A DNA stretch of 63,855 bases, counting the filler, from Piptocephalis cylindrospora (taxonomy: Eukaryota): assembly GCA_003614145.1 (NCBI GenBank). It is 4 parts of 4 records of this genome, joined end to end, with 100 filler letters (N's around TTAATTAATTAA, not from the genome) between each part and the next. Parts side by side here need not be neighbours in the genome. Positions count along the whole stretch, not along the records: positions 35,011 to 52,223 come from KZ987859.1; 3 more parts are not named here. The stretch is one strand, 5' to 3'. Position numbers and translations under genes: made by a program. Every line of letters starts with the position of its first letter. The first letter of the stretch is position 1. Of this stretch, positions 35,510 through 46,484 are shown one piece after another. The notes below the pieces were generated by a model. The model did not search any database. It saw only the letters and a list, made by a program, of their open reading frames with translations, and had not been told where the DNA came from.

Positions 35510-36574
35510 TTAGACTGAAGCCTGGGGGATTGGGGGGGGCTGGGGTCCAGAGGCAGGACCAGTAGCGGGAACCTCTCGTGTCTGGCTAATTGGAATCTCA
35601 TGGACAGGAGGCTTGCTAAACCCAACCATAAGTTTCTTCTGGTAAACGCAGGAAGCATAGAGGAACCAAAGGAAAATGTGGGAAAGGATGGGCCCAGCAC
35701 GGATAAGCCCAACACTGACAGTAGCCCTTTTGTAGATTGGGGAGATAAGGAGGCCGGATATCTGGACCACGAAAAGGAGGCCGTACCACGTAGCCAGCCG
35801 AATTAATTGCTATGAGAACAAAGGGGTTTAGATAAAGGGAGATGATGCCACCTGTCTACAAGCCGTTACTTACCTTTCGCTTCTCCAAGCACTCGTAGGG
35901 ATGCTTCTTCATGGAAGAGAAAAGGGCCGTGACACTTACGAGCTGGAGGAGGATGAGGATGGGCGAAACGATGCACATGGCGAGGTAGGCGTCACTTAGA
36001 TTAACACTCTCTAGCAGTAGCGCATCCAAGGCAAACAGCACGGCGCCGCACACAAAAGATAAATAAGTAATTAGGATGATCCCGTCAGCCCACTTGGCAT
36101 ACTTGGCGGCCTCGGGGTGTAATAGACCCACCGAATCGATCCTACATAGTGTCGACCGTGAGTGCACAGAATAGAGCCGGGTGGATTCAAGCAAAAATGA
36201 TTTTCCCTTACCAGTCTGCGAGAAGTAAGCCAAATACCATGGGCAGGCCCCAAAGATAGGCAACGTCAGAAAGGACAAAGGGGACGACGAAACCGGTCAC
36301 TAGGTCGCTAGTGGTGAGAGGAAGGATGCAAGCAACCATCCCGACTAGAAAAATGTTAGTCAAGTCGGATAAGCAAGGGAAAAGATTTTACCCAAGGCAG
36401 CTTACTTAGGGTAACCAGGGACATGAAATAGTAGGACCGGTGCTTCCCATTAATAGCCGTTAGGTAGCAAAAGGCAAGGAAAAAGATAATCTCCCCGACC
36501 AAGGCTACGAATAAAAACGGATCGAACGAAGAACTTTCAAGTAGGCTGAAAGGGGTAAATGGATAGATGAACAT
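35510..36574 (-). CDS. Predicted 7-TM membrane protein, paralogue 1 (intron-containing)
   Basis: Exon 1 MFIYPF...FDPFLFVAL...SYYFMSLVTL aligns with the N-terminus of paralogue 2 (VDPFVYAEL...AYFFLAISTL). The last exon ILSHIFLWFLYASCVY...PP aligns with VVADVLLWIFLIYAIY...PP. Confidence 0.62.
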
Positions 36575-38797
36575 GGTGGGGTGGAGAGGGGGGAGAGCGG
36601 AAAGATGGAGGACAATGGAGGACAATGAAAAAGGACGTGCTAGACCCCAGAGCTCTTTATACTGGCGTGATTTGGCCTCCCTAGCCGGTCCCAGGATAAA
36701 CTGATCTGGCTTTCTCTGATTGATTCCTGCCTCTCGTGTGGAAAACTCCGCTTCTTTCTTCCCTTCCTCTCTGCACATTGATCTGTCACTAGAAGTAGCT
36801 GTATGGATGATCGTCTGGAGCGGAGCGGGGCTCCAAAACGGACAAGGACGTGTGTGAGACGGGTGTCAAGCCCTCTGCCTACTCGATGGCAGTTCGCAAC
36901 GCGGGGTTGTCCGATTGGCACAGGCTGGATCACACTGATGTCTCTCGGTTCAGGGAGGAGAAAAGCATGCAGAAATGAGTCCCATTCACATCGCCAAACG
37001 CAGGAGGTGTGTGGGAGGTAAAGTTCACCTGTAATATCCACCTAGTGTCCATGAATTTGTCCACTCCTCATCTGGTCATCATGAGTAAACGACCACAAGG
37101 GTAAAGGCAGATACATTTGACCTTAAAATAACACGACACGGATAATTAGGAGATGAGATTCATGCCTGGATGGATGAACATGAGTATGGCCTCCATTCAA
37201 ACTCTTGATCTAAAGGTGACTCATCGTCAATCCAAAATCTGTGTCCTCTCTCGATCCCTGATGAGCTGTTGAGGAGAAAGAAGCAGCAATCAGCTACGCC
37301 GGGAACCTGGAGCGCTACCAACCATCCTCTCTCTCTCCCCAACAATATCGCCACCACAACAGCCAAGGAGGCCTAGGAAATATAAGGCAGCTGGGACTCA
37401 GAATTTGGACCCAATATGCCACTCCATACTTGGACTACTTGGCTTAGAAAAGCTGGGACTTTACCAAGGTCAGTTAGTATATTCATCTGATAAACGCACA
37501 ACATATAAAGAGCTCAGAGTGAATTGTAGGAATCGATGGAACTAGCCAGGAGTATGATCCCGAGGAAAAAGCAATAGAGGTAAATTGATAAAAATGCATA
37601 TGTGAAGAATGTTAAACCGCACCACGGGACTAGACATATCTTTTTTCATTGGAAAGAATATAGGTAAAGTAAAAGTAAAAGCGAAAGCGAAAGCGAAAAG
37701 GTCCTACATTGTCTAACAGCAATAGCTTCATGCCACATACTTCCGGCTTCCTCAAATACTCATACAGACGACTTTTAATGGCGGAAAATAGGACCAAAAG
37801 ATAATCAAGCTGGGAAGTAGTGACTGGAGACTGAGTTGATTCATGAAACCCATGAAATAATAGACTCAATATTCAATGAGGATCAAAAAAATGACGAAGA
37901 GCAGAGTCTCGATCAAGAAACCAGAAAAGGTGTGTGATTGGATGCTTTTACTTATTCCTGAGTAAAATACAGTAGAAAAAGTCGATTTATTTTGATTGTA
38001 AGGAAAATTCTAGGATGAGAGTTAAAAGGGCTGGAAAATAACAAATCAATACTTGTAGCTTATATTCACAAATATAATTTAGATAGAAAGATACCCGTTG
38101 ATTCCAAATCTTAAACGCTTTAGCTTTAATGGCTGATAAAACTTACTGGTAAAGCAGATTGCTTCCCCTCAATATGCCTGGTCGCCTGAACTATCTGGTC
38201 ATACAATCATTCGGTAGCAGTGTACCTAGAGGGGTCAAGAACCTGTAAAGACACGCTTAACTTTCCATTTTCCCTCACTCAGCACATTGTGCAATACTTC
38301 CCGTATTTCTAAGGACCTCATTGAGGCTTATCGCCTACTCAATAAGATGGACATAGACAAGAGGCAAAGTCCATATCCTCAAATAGTCCTAGAAAGCATG
38401 TACAAGAAGAGGTCGAAAGGTAAGATCGTTCAATCGCCACAATTGAACAGCCCCCATCTATGCTGAATAATAATCAAGCCAACCCAAGCCAAGGGACAGT
38501 CGCATTTCCAAGTTGACTGGGAAGTTCCATTGAATATTTCTTCTCAATTTATGCTGTTTGAGACTGCTTCAATGGCAAAGAACGATACTACTAACACTTA
38601 CTTCTCTTGGGGTCATGAGGCCTTATTTACTGATAAGATATGTGATTATAGAGACGAAGGATGAAAAATGACGGCTTTATGATTGAATTTTTGCTTAGCG
38701 TCGTCAAACCATCCCTCTTCATAATTTTATTATCCCCTGAGCATCCCCCCACCCTTACACGACGGGGTTGATGAGGAAAGGAATGAAACGATTCGTC

Positions 38798-40168
38798 TCA
38801 AGAAGCGTCATTTGGGGGACCTGCATGTGTGGAGGTGTGTGGGGTCACGCCTGTGGAGTTAGGATTGACATTTGGAGCACTGGGGACAGGTTGAGCCACA
38901 GAAGCCTGTGCATTCTGGATTTCTGGGGAGGGCATGGGCATGCCTTGTTGTGCAAGGTAGGCTTGGTGCATGGGATTCGAAGATGGAGCAATCTGGGCTG
39001 GGTGAACGGGCTGGGCCAAGGAGGAAGAATATTCACCGGGCTCATGGGCCTCGACCGTGACAGGAACGATCCCCTCCTTCTCTAGCCACTCCTGGAAGAG
39101 TGGGTCGTCTTCCTGAGATGTGGGCGCACCGGCATTTTGATCTGTGACCTGAGCAGTCATCACTGGAGAGGCATTAAAGGCTGTCTGTGAGGGATTATTA
39201 ATGGCTTGAGAGGCCAAATGCATGGCCTGAGCAGAAGAGGCCTGGGGATAAGCCGGCATAGGTTGGACAGCGGTGGTCTGAGGATGGGCATGCATGGCCT
39301 GAGGCTGAATAGAGTGGTGCACGGATGAGCCTGGAGTCTGGAAGGGAGCACTGGCCATGTTCTCTGGAGGAGCCTGAGCCCCAATTGACGGATTGAGGGC
39401 ACCCGCAGAGGAAGACGTAACAGGAAATAGACTGGGAGGGACGCCCCAGTCCTTAAGAGAGTCCGTACCGTAGATGGCATATATCAAGAATATCCATAGG
39501 AGGACATCGGCTACCACCGTCGGGGCAATCTCAGTTATGGTAAAGGTAACAATCAGGGCCGGGGCCAGAAGAAGAGCAGAGAGAATGCTGGCCTTGAGGA
39601 TCTGGGAGTATTTTTCCTGCACGCCGACTACAGACTTTTTGGTCTGGTAGAGGACAGAGTTGGTGGTGCCGAAGAGGATGAGATTAAAGACAAATAGTAT
39701 GACCCCTCCAAGGATAATGAGAGAGGAGGAAGAGGCGGTGGTGTATACCAGGACTGAAGCCATAATAGAAAGGGCAAAAGCAAGGACATAACATCCCAAG
39801 AGGATACGGGAGATGGTCAGAGCAACATGACGCGAGTGCGAATTAAGGATCTCGGGAGCATCCTTGATGGAGATAAGCCAAAGACGGAGGAGGCCCGTAA
39901 GGACCATGCCACACACAAAGCAAACCATGTAAATACTAATGGTGACAGTGATCATGGTGGCTTGACTAACAATAGCAAGGAGGGCCGCATTGGCGGCCAC
40001 CACGTACAGGGTAGAGATAGCGAGGAAGAAGTAAGCATGGCACATCCCCGAGGTGATCCACCGGCCCAGGAGAGCCAGGGTAAGCAGAGCATAGATGGCC
40101 AACTCCGCATACACAAATGGGTCAACGGCCACGGTGATGCTAAAGCCACCGAAAAAAAATGTGGGCAT
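38798..40168 (-). CDS. Predicted 7-TM membrane protein, paralogue 2, with long Pro/Gln/Ala-rich C-tail
   Basis: Seven hydrophobic stretches of about 20 aa in the first 235 aa or so, then a low-complexity tail. Intronless. Confidence 0.78.
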   Translation of the reverse strand: MPTFFFGGFSITVAVDPFVYAELAIYALLTLALLGRWITSGMCHAYFFLAISTLYVVAANAALLAIVSQATMITVTISIYMVCFVCGMVLTGLLRLWLISIKDAPEILNSHSRHVALTISRILLGCYVLAFALSIMASVLVYTTASSSSLIILGGVILFVFNLILFGTTNSVLYQTKKSVVGVQEKYSQILKASILSALLLAPALIVTFTITEIAPTVVADVLLWIFLIYAIYGTDSLKDWGVPPSLFPVTSSSAGALNPSIGAQAPPENMASAPFQTPGSSVHHSIQPQAMHAHPQTTAVQPMPAYPQASSAQAMHLASQAINNPSQTAFNASPVMTAQVTDQNAGAPTSQEDDPLFQEWLEKEGIVPVTVEAHEPGEYSSSLAQPVHPAQIAPSSNPMHQAYLAQQGMPMPSPEIQNAQASVAQPVPSAPNVNPNSTGVTPHTSTHAGPPNDAS

Positions 40169-40835
40169 GGGCGGATAGGGGGCGGGAGAGGAGTAAGAAG
40201 GTATTAGGTAATGGAGAGAGAGATAAATAGGATAAGGAGCAAGGAATGGGTAAGGGAAGAAAGAGGGAGAGGAGATAGCGAGAGTGAGTGCACCACAATG
40301 ATGGGGAGCAGGCCCTTTCCTGCTAAAGAAGCGTTGATCGCATCGGAGTTGTCACGACTGATCTTCCCAATGAGACCCGACCCTAGGCAGGGTGTGAGGG
40401 TGACAAGAGCCGGTGTGAGAGAAGGGAAAGAGGGAGATGCATTGCCAGTAGGCGGCTACTCATCCCTAATAAAAGCTAGCGTGAGAGAGAACAGCGCTAA
40501 GATGAAAATGATCCAAAATGCGTTTAAAAGCGGTGATATGACCCTAAAGCCATGGAGAGACGATAAGGATACATGGAAAAAGGGAAGATTGTAATTTTCC
40601 CAATACATTTCGCTGTCTACTACGATAAGGATACATGACTCGTCCTCAGCAGAGAAAAGATCTGGCACAAAGATGAAAGATGTATTTGTTCGTTATCCCT
40701 CTTTTCCCTCAGAAATCATGCACATAAGGATAAGAGAAAGGGTCAAGGGTGCGGCAGTTCATCCGAATACCAGGTCATAAAGGGGTCAGTCCATCTCAAG
40801 GGGGGGGGAGAAGGGGTCGACGTGACATGTGCGTC

Positions 40836-41633
40836 CTAAGCAATGATCTGAGCCTCGGGGGACCTAGGTCTAACGGGAGGAGGAGGCTGATAATACTCAA
40901 CATGATGGCTTGGAGCCCCCTTTTCGGAGTAGGGACACTCAGGGGAGGTGCTGTAGCCCTCCAGAGCACCAGGCCAAAGCATGAGGATCGCGAGGGCAAG
41001 GGCAAGGATAATGTCGAGGATGGGATCGGCTATGGTGCTCTCGGGAATAATACTGCTGAGGAGGATGGTAATAGACAGGAGAAGCCAGTAGCCAATCAAC
41101 CTACGGACCTGGGCGGCCTTCCCATCCAGGGATCCATCGGAGGTGGGTGGGATGCCCCGGTAGCAGAGGAAGCACATGGCGGCCATGAAAATATCCAGGA
41201 GGGCAATGAGAATGGCCGGGACAATACGTAAGGCGACAGCACCAGCACCCTTAATGGTCTGTTCCATGGCAATGACGCCAAAGAGGATAGAGAGGCCAGT
41301 GGCAAAGGGGAGAAAGCAAAGGGCCAGGAGTGTGGAGTGCATAGCCCTACGCTGCAGCTTCAGGGAGATGAAATCCTCCATGGACATGATCCATTTTCGG
41401 AGGAGATGATTGATGAGTAGGGGATAACCCAAGAGGATGACACCAAGGACAATCTCCACGGCCTCCCCCACCCGATCGTTCTTGAGGAGCTGCAGGCCAT
41501 TGGCCAGGGCAAGAGAGAGAGAGAGGGCGCCGAGGAAAGTGTAGTAGCCTAGACGGGTTTGAAGTCGACGGATACCGTAAGCGAGGCCAAGGGCAGCGTA
41601 CAAGACCACCTGAATGATGAAAAGGGCTTGCAT
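40836..41633 (-). CDS. Predicted 7-TM membrane protein, paralogue 3
   Basis: Seven hydrophobic stretches. YAALGLA...GYYTFL...AN and LLRKWIMSM match YALLTLA...AYFFL...AN and LLRLWLISI of paralogue 2. Confidence 0.75.
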   Translation of the reverse strand: MQALFIIQVVLYAALGLAYGIRRLQTRLGYYTFLGALSLSLALANGLQLLKNDRVGEAVEIVLGVILLGYPLLINHLLRKWIMSMEDFISLKLQRRAMHSTLLALCFLPFATGLSILFGVIAMEQTIKGAGAVALRIVPAILIALLDIFMAAMCFLCYRGIPPTSDGSLDGKAAQVRRLIGYWLLLSITILLSSIIPESTIADPILDIILALALAILMLWPGALEGYSTSPECPYSEKGAPSHHVEYYQPPPPVRPRSPEAQIIA

Positions 41634-43035
41634 ACTGTTCAGAGAATGGAAGGGAGGGAGGGGGAGGGGGGGGAGAGGAGGGGAAAGGGAGGTCGTTGCT
41701 TGATCAGTGAAGAAGAGAGGGCGGGAGGGTCAACGGCGATGCACACCAGGGCAGAAGCAGAAAGGAAGGAAAGGCGGGGGATGCAGGACGTTGAGGACGG
41801 AAGGGCAATGAGGGAGTCGGACGGATGATGGAGTGGCGCGTGTGTGAGAGAGTGACGGATGAAAAAGAGAGACGGGGGAAGGGCGTGTCTAGGGGAGTGG
41901 CGGGAAGGTGGAGGCGAGAAGGAAGGGTTGAGATGCTTGCAGCAAGAGGGGTGTGTGATGGAAGAGGCGGGAGGAAGAAAGAAGGAAAAGGTCAAGGAAA
42001 GAGCGGAGGGATCGAGATTAGAGGGAGGGCAAAAAGGATTTGGTGGCACTCCACCGACACTGATGGGAACCAGGCAAAGGACAACAAGTGAGTCAGCGGA
42101 GTTCCAATTCTGCAATATTGAGAAGCGTCGGAGTTTATACCCAAGATTCCTAGCAAGCTACCGCTCGATTCGCCGCATACTGCGTGGGCAATCCTCTTTC
42201 TCTAGATAAAGAGAAATCTTCCGATGAGGGGTATTTGGCTTGGATGGATACGAAGATGGGGAGTCATGACTCCTTGGTCTAGCCAGGAACTTCTCATAAG
42301 GTATGCATGACATGCCCCTCGAACGAGGAGAGATACTCCGGGCCGAGAAGAGTTCAAGTACTACACCATAGACCCTTGCCCGAGATGTCCATGTCATACA
42401 TTGACATTCAGTGAGAGACGTACTATATTGGTTACTAGGATGGGACCAATCCTGCTTCCGATCTATTCAGCAACTCCACCTGACCAATCTGCGCCATCGG
42501 AGAAAATAGGCCCGAACGGCAAGTGAAGCGCAAAATTATGTACGAAATGGGAAGGCTGGTGGGGCATCGGGGAACAGCGCGTCCCAGGTCACTGACCTCG
42601 TCCCAGGTACACCCAGGGCGATGTCCAATCTCCCCATATCCTTCCTTCTCTTCAGGAATGATGGCTGGAGCCACCAAGTTGAGATGAATCAAAGAAGAGC
42701 ATTTTCTAGGACCCGGTAGATCATGAGGATAACGCCTCTCATCCTCAGGCGGTCCCCTTTTCCCTTGCATGATGCGCTGCATGCGCTTCTCCCATCCTAC
42801 ACATTCTCATTCTCGTGGACGTGTCAGGGTGCTTGGTGAAACGCGACAATCCTGGGTTTTTGCCTGATGGAATACCTCACCAGGGATAGTGAATGGATAT
42901 AAAAGAAGTGGATATACACACTATAATCTATCCCATCTCGATATCCCTCATCCCATCACCCTAGCCTCCACCCATCTCATCTCACTCATCAAACCGTACT
43001 ACACCCCGACATCCCCTACTTTACCAATAAACACT

Positions 43036-44040
43036 ATGCATGCTCCCACCACTACCAACATCTACCTTTTCCTCCTTGGTCTTGCTGTGAGTCTGGCTCC
43101 TGGCGCCCTGGCCTATCCCATTGAACGGGATGTAATTGTCCAGGATGCCCCGGGACCATTGACCTCCCCCTCCACAGTAGCCATGACCAGGGTTTCCGTG
43201 GCCCAAAGACCAATGCAAAAACGATCCTTCTCCGCAATGGACCAAAGGTCTCTTCGAGCCCGTAGCCCGTCGTGGGACATGTCTTCCGGGACCGCCACAG
43301 CTACTGGGACGGCGTCAGGGACCAGGAGCGGCCGAGGCGGTTCTGGATCTAGTATCGGGACCAAAACATCCACTGGGACGGAATCATCCGTGCATGCGGG
43401 CCGTGATGGGATGAGTGAAACCTCGACGGGTACCGCCACCAAGACCGGTACCTCCGCCGGGTCAGGTCATGGCCGTACATCGACATCCACGGGAACCTCC
43501 ACAAAAACCGGTACATCTACTGGGTCTGGACATGGCAAGACATTTACCTCTACCGGTACTTCTACTGGTACCAAGACCTCATCTGGGAGAGGAAAAACCT
43601 CTACGTCTACAGGAACCAAGACGGGTACCTCAACATCATCTGGTCATGGCAAGACCTCTACGTCGACGAATACGTCGACGGGAACCAAGACATCCTCTGG
43701 TCATGGGAAAACCTCTACCTCTACGGGCACATCCACAGGAACCAAAACATCTTCTGGCCACGGAGGCACCTCTACATCCACAGAGACATCAACGGGAACC
43801 AAGACATCCTCGGGAAATGGAAAGCTCTCCACAGAGACATCCACGGGGACATCCACATCGAGTCACATTGGCAAAGGAAATCTCTCCACATCCACATCCA
43901 CATCCACCGGGACTCACTCTAACTTTGGAGGGTTATTTGGAGGTCTCTCTACCTCCACCTCCACCTCCACCTCCACAGGCTCCTCGATGCACTTTAGGAA
44001 GCGCGATATGACAGGAGTGGGTCGCACTATGCCGTCCTAA
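43036..44040 (+). CDS. Secreted Thr/Ser/Gly tandem-repeat protein with dibasic processing sites
   Basis: Signal peptide ...YLFLLGLAVSLAPGALA|YP; QKR and RKR sites; repeats of about 19 aa, GHGKTSTSTGTSTGTKTSS. Confidence 0.85.
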   Translation: MHAPTTTNIYLFLLGLAVSLAPGALAYPIERDVIVQDAPGPLTSPSTVAMTRVSVAQRPMQKRSFSAMDQRSLRARSPSWDMSSGTATATGTASGTRSGRGGSGSSIGTKTSTGTESSVHAGRDGMSETSTGTATKTGTSAGSGHGRTSTSTGTSTKTGTSTGSGHGKTFTSTGTSTGTKTSSGRGKTSTSTGTKTGTSTSSGHGKTSTSTNTSTGTKTSSGHGKTSTSTGTSTGTKTSSGHGGTSTSTETSTGTKTSSGNGKLSTETSTGTSTSSHIGKGNLSTSTSTSTGTHSNFGGLFGGLSTSTSTSTSTGSSMHFRKRDMTGVGRTMPS

Positions 44041-44241
44041 TGGGAGGGTAAGATAGACCTTTCAATTGGATAGAGACGTTACACTTTCAATGTCCACATG
44101 GGTCGGATAAAGTATTTTTGAAGAGAGTGAGCGCTAGAGGGGTCAGTGCATTTGTTCATCCAGAGTGTATGACCTCTTGAATGGAAATTTCGATGAAGAG
44201 GCAGTATACATTTCCAGGTAAAGTGGCAAGCCACGTCCCAT

Positions 44242-44701
44242 TCACTGAACCCACTTTTGACCCCATGACTTGACGGGGGCAGGGCATCGAGGGAAGCGAT
44301 CGACGAGGTGAGAGATACCTTGGGCATCGAGGGATATACGTACCTTCCAGAAGCCCTTTAATCCAGACATGGAGCTTCCTCGACCACCGCTCACCAAAAA
44401 CATTTCCGAGGCGAGCAACCGTTCAAATCCCTATGGAGACATAAAAAAGGGATGAGATGATGGCTTTTCCCTGACCATTCACACATTGGGGGGGGGGGGG
44501 GGGGGGGGAAGGACCCCCTTTAAGGGCCACCGGTTTTTCCCAACCCATTGCATTAAAAANNNNNNNNNNAAGGACCCGTAGTACGAATGGCGGAGCGGTA
44601 GCCTTTCTCTCCGGGGTACATGGTTAGAGAGGGGGATCGGATGGGGAATTGGGGGATAGTCCAGGTGGGGAGGGGGCGGTGGGGGGTGGTGGCGCAGGGG
44701 T

Positions 44702-44740
<39 letters not shown>

Positions 44741-46154
44741 AGGACTCACCTTAAGGGCCACAGGCTTTCTCCATACCTTGACACCACCGGTGGTCGCAAA
44801 GGTAAGGTATTCGTCGTAGAGCTGTTCAAAGGTAAAGGTTTCTTCTTCGCGTTCGAGGAAACGTTTAGCAGCGATGATCAAGCAGAGTTCCAAAAGGGAA
44901 TTTGCCTGGGAAGGGATGTCCTCGAGACCAGTTAGCGTCTGACGGATAGCGGCCTGCACAACAGCCTGAGGCAGGAGGTAGGGGGAGGTGGGGGTAAGAC
45001 CGATGACAGGTTCGATGAGGACACGGTTTAGACGAAGGGGGTCCTTTGCAAGATCAAAGATTCTCCTAATTTCGGCCTCTACCTCTGGATCAGTCAAGAG
45101 TTGCTCGGTGGCCTGAGTAAAGGCCTCGAGATGGGCTGGGCTTAGGAGGCCAAGAAGATCCTCCGGGGGTTGCAGGACATCACGAGCAACCTGGTAAAAA
45201 TCATCAAAGCGGGGGACACGGGTCAGACGGATGACACGATGGGAAAAGCGGGACTTGACACGCTTCTCCATCATGTCTACAGCATCCACCCTCCCAGTCA
45301 GACCTAGGACAATGACCGGGGTTTGGCCCGAGACAGCGGCATCCAAAAGCCCGTACAGCAGAGTCTGACGGGGTCTGGAGGCAAAGAGATCAAAGTGATC
45401 GAGGATAATGAGAAGAGGGGTGGTGGTTTGGGCCGAACCCGAGCCCAAGAGATGAAGGAGATGAGCAAGGGCATCGGCAAAGGATCTGAACCCCTGGGAG
45501 GGGTTCATGGAAGAGTCTTGGGGGAGATGAGGGGCGACCTGACGTGCCAGTTCCACCAAGGCCGACCGGTCGGTAGGTTGGGCCAGGCCTGATAGACGAA
45601 CAACCAAGTAGGATGAAGGGGTTTGAGACTCCTTGAGACGACCCAGGGCTCTTTCAGTCAGCTAGAGAGTAGGCGCTTAGAGAGGGTAGAGTGATGGATG
45701 TGGGGAGTCAGGAAAGGAACATACCATGGACTTTCCACTGCCTGACGGCCCTAGGATCAAGGCTGATCCTCCCTCCCCGGTCTGTACTGCATTTTCCAAA
45801 AAGGCATAGACTCGACTATGGATGCACGAGAGAGAGAGAGAAGGGGGGGGTCAGGTGAGGGCTGGATGGTCTCAGGAATAGGGACAGGACAGACACCACT
45901 TACTGCTCTGCCTCCTCCAGGGCCAAGAGTTTCTCCGGAGGTTCACGACCGGTGAGACGAGGGAGGATCCGGGCCTTGAGACCCTGCAGCTGCTCCTGGG
46001 TCCACTCGACCCCCGACACGACGGGGATGGACTCATACACGTCTTCCTCCACAATGGCCTCCCCTGTCGTTTCGGCGATGGGGAGCTCTTTGGACAAGCG
46101 TCTTTTCTTTCCTTGCCTCGGGCTAGGCGGGAGATTTTCCTCAGAGACGGTCAT
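44242..46154 (-). CDS. ORC4: Origin recognition complex subunit 4, multi-exon
   Basis: Walker A LILGPSGSGKS, IILDHFDLFASRPRQTLLYGLLD, MEKRVKSRFSHR, SLLELCLIIA and a last exon GFERLL...CPAPVKSWGQKWVQ*. The last intron contains a small N gap. Confidence 0.92.
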
Positions 46155-46484
46155 GTTGAGTGGATGAGGAGAGAGGGGCATGGTGGTGCGTGCAGGCAGA
46201 GAAGGAAGGATGAATGGGGATCAGCCCTTGACAGAGACATCCTTGAACAGAGGGAGATGTCAACAGGCAAAGCGGACTTTGACTTGAAAAACCTTTATAT
46301 TGAGTGTTCCCTTTTTTTTTTCCACCGAAAATTTGCGTGGCACAGAGAGATACACAGAACTGCCTAGCGGCATAGGCGATAGACCCGAACGCTACCAGCC
46401 CGTACTAAGACGTGGAGGCGCGTGGTACCGATTGCCCGAAGGCCACGGCGCGTGTCGTAGGATTTACGATTGACACTACAGGCT

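Noticed and set aside
44485..44780. Poly-G tracts with a degenerate duplicate of the ORC4 exon end around a 10-N gap, giving a poly-Pro ORF tail
   Set aside because: Low-quality sequence after G homopolymers on either side of a scaffold gap, so an assembly artefact.
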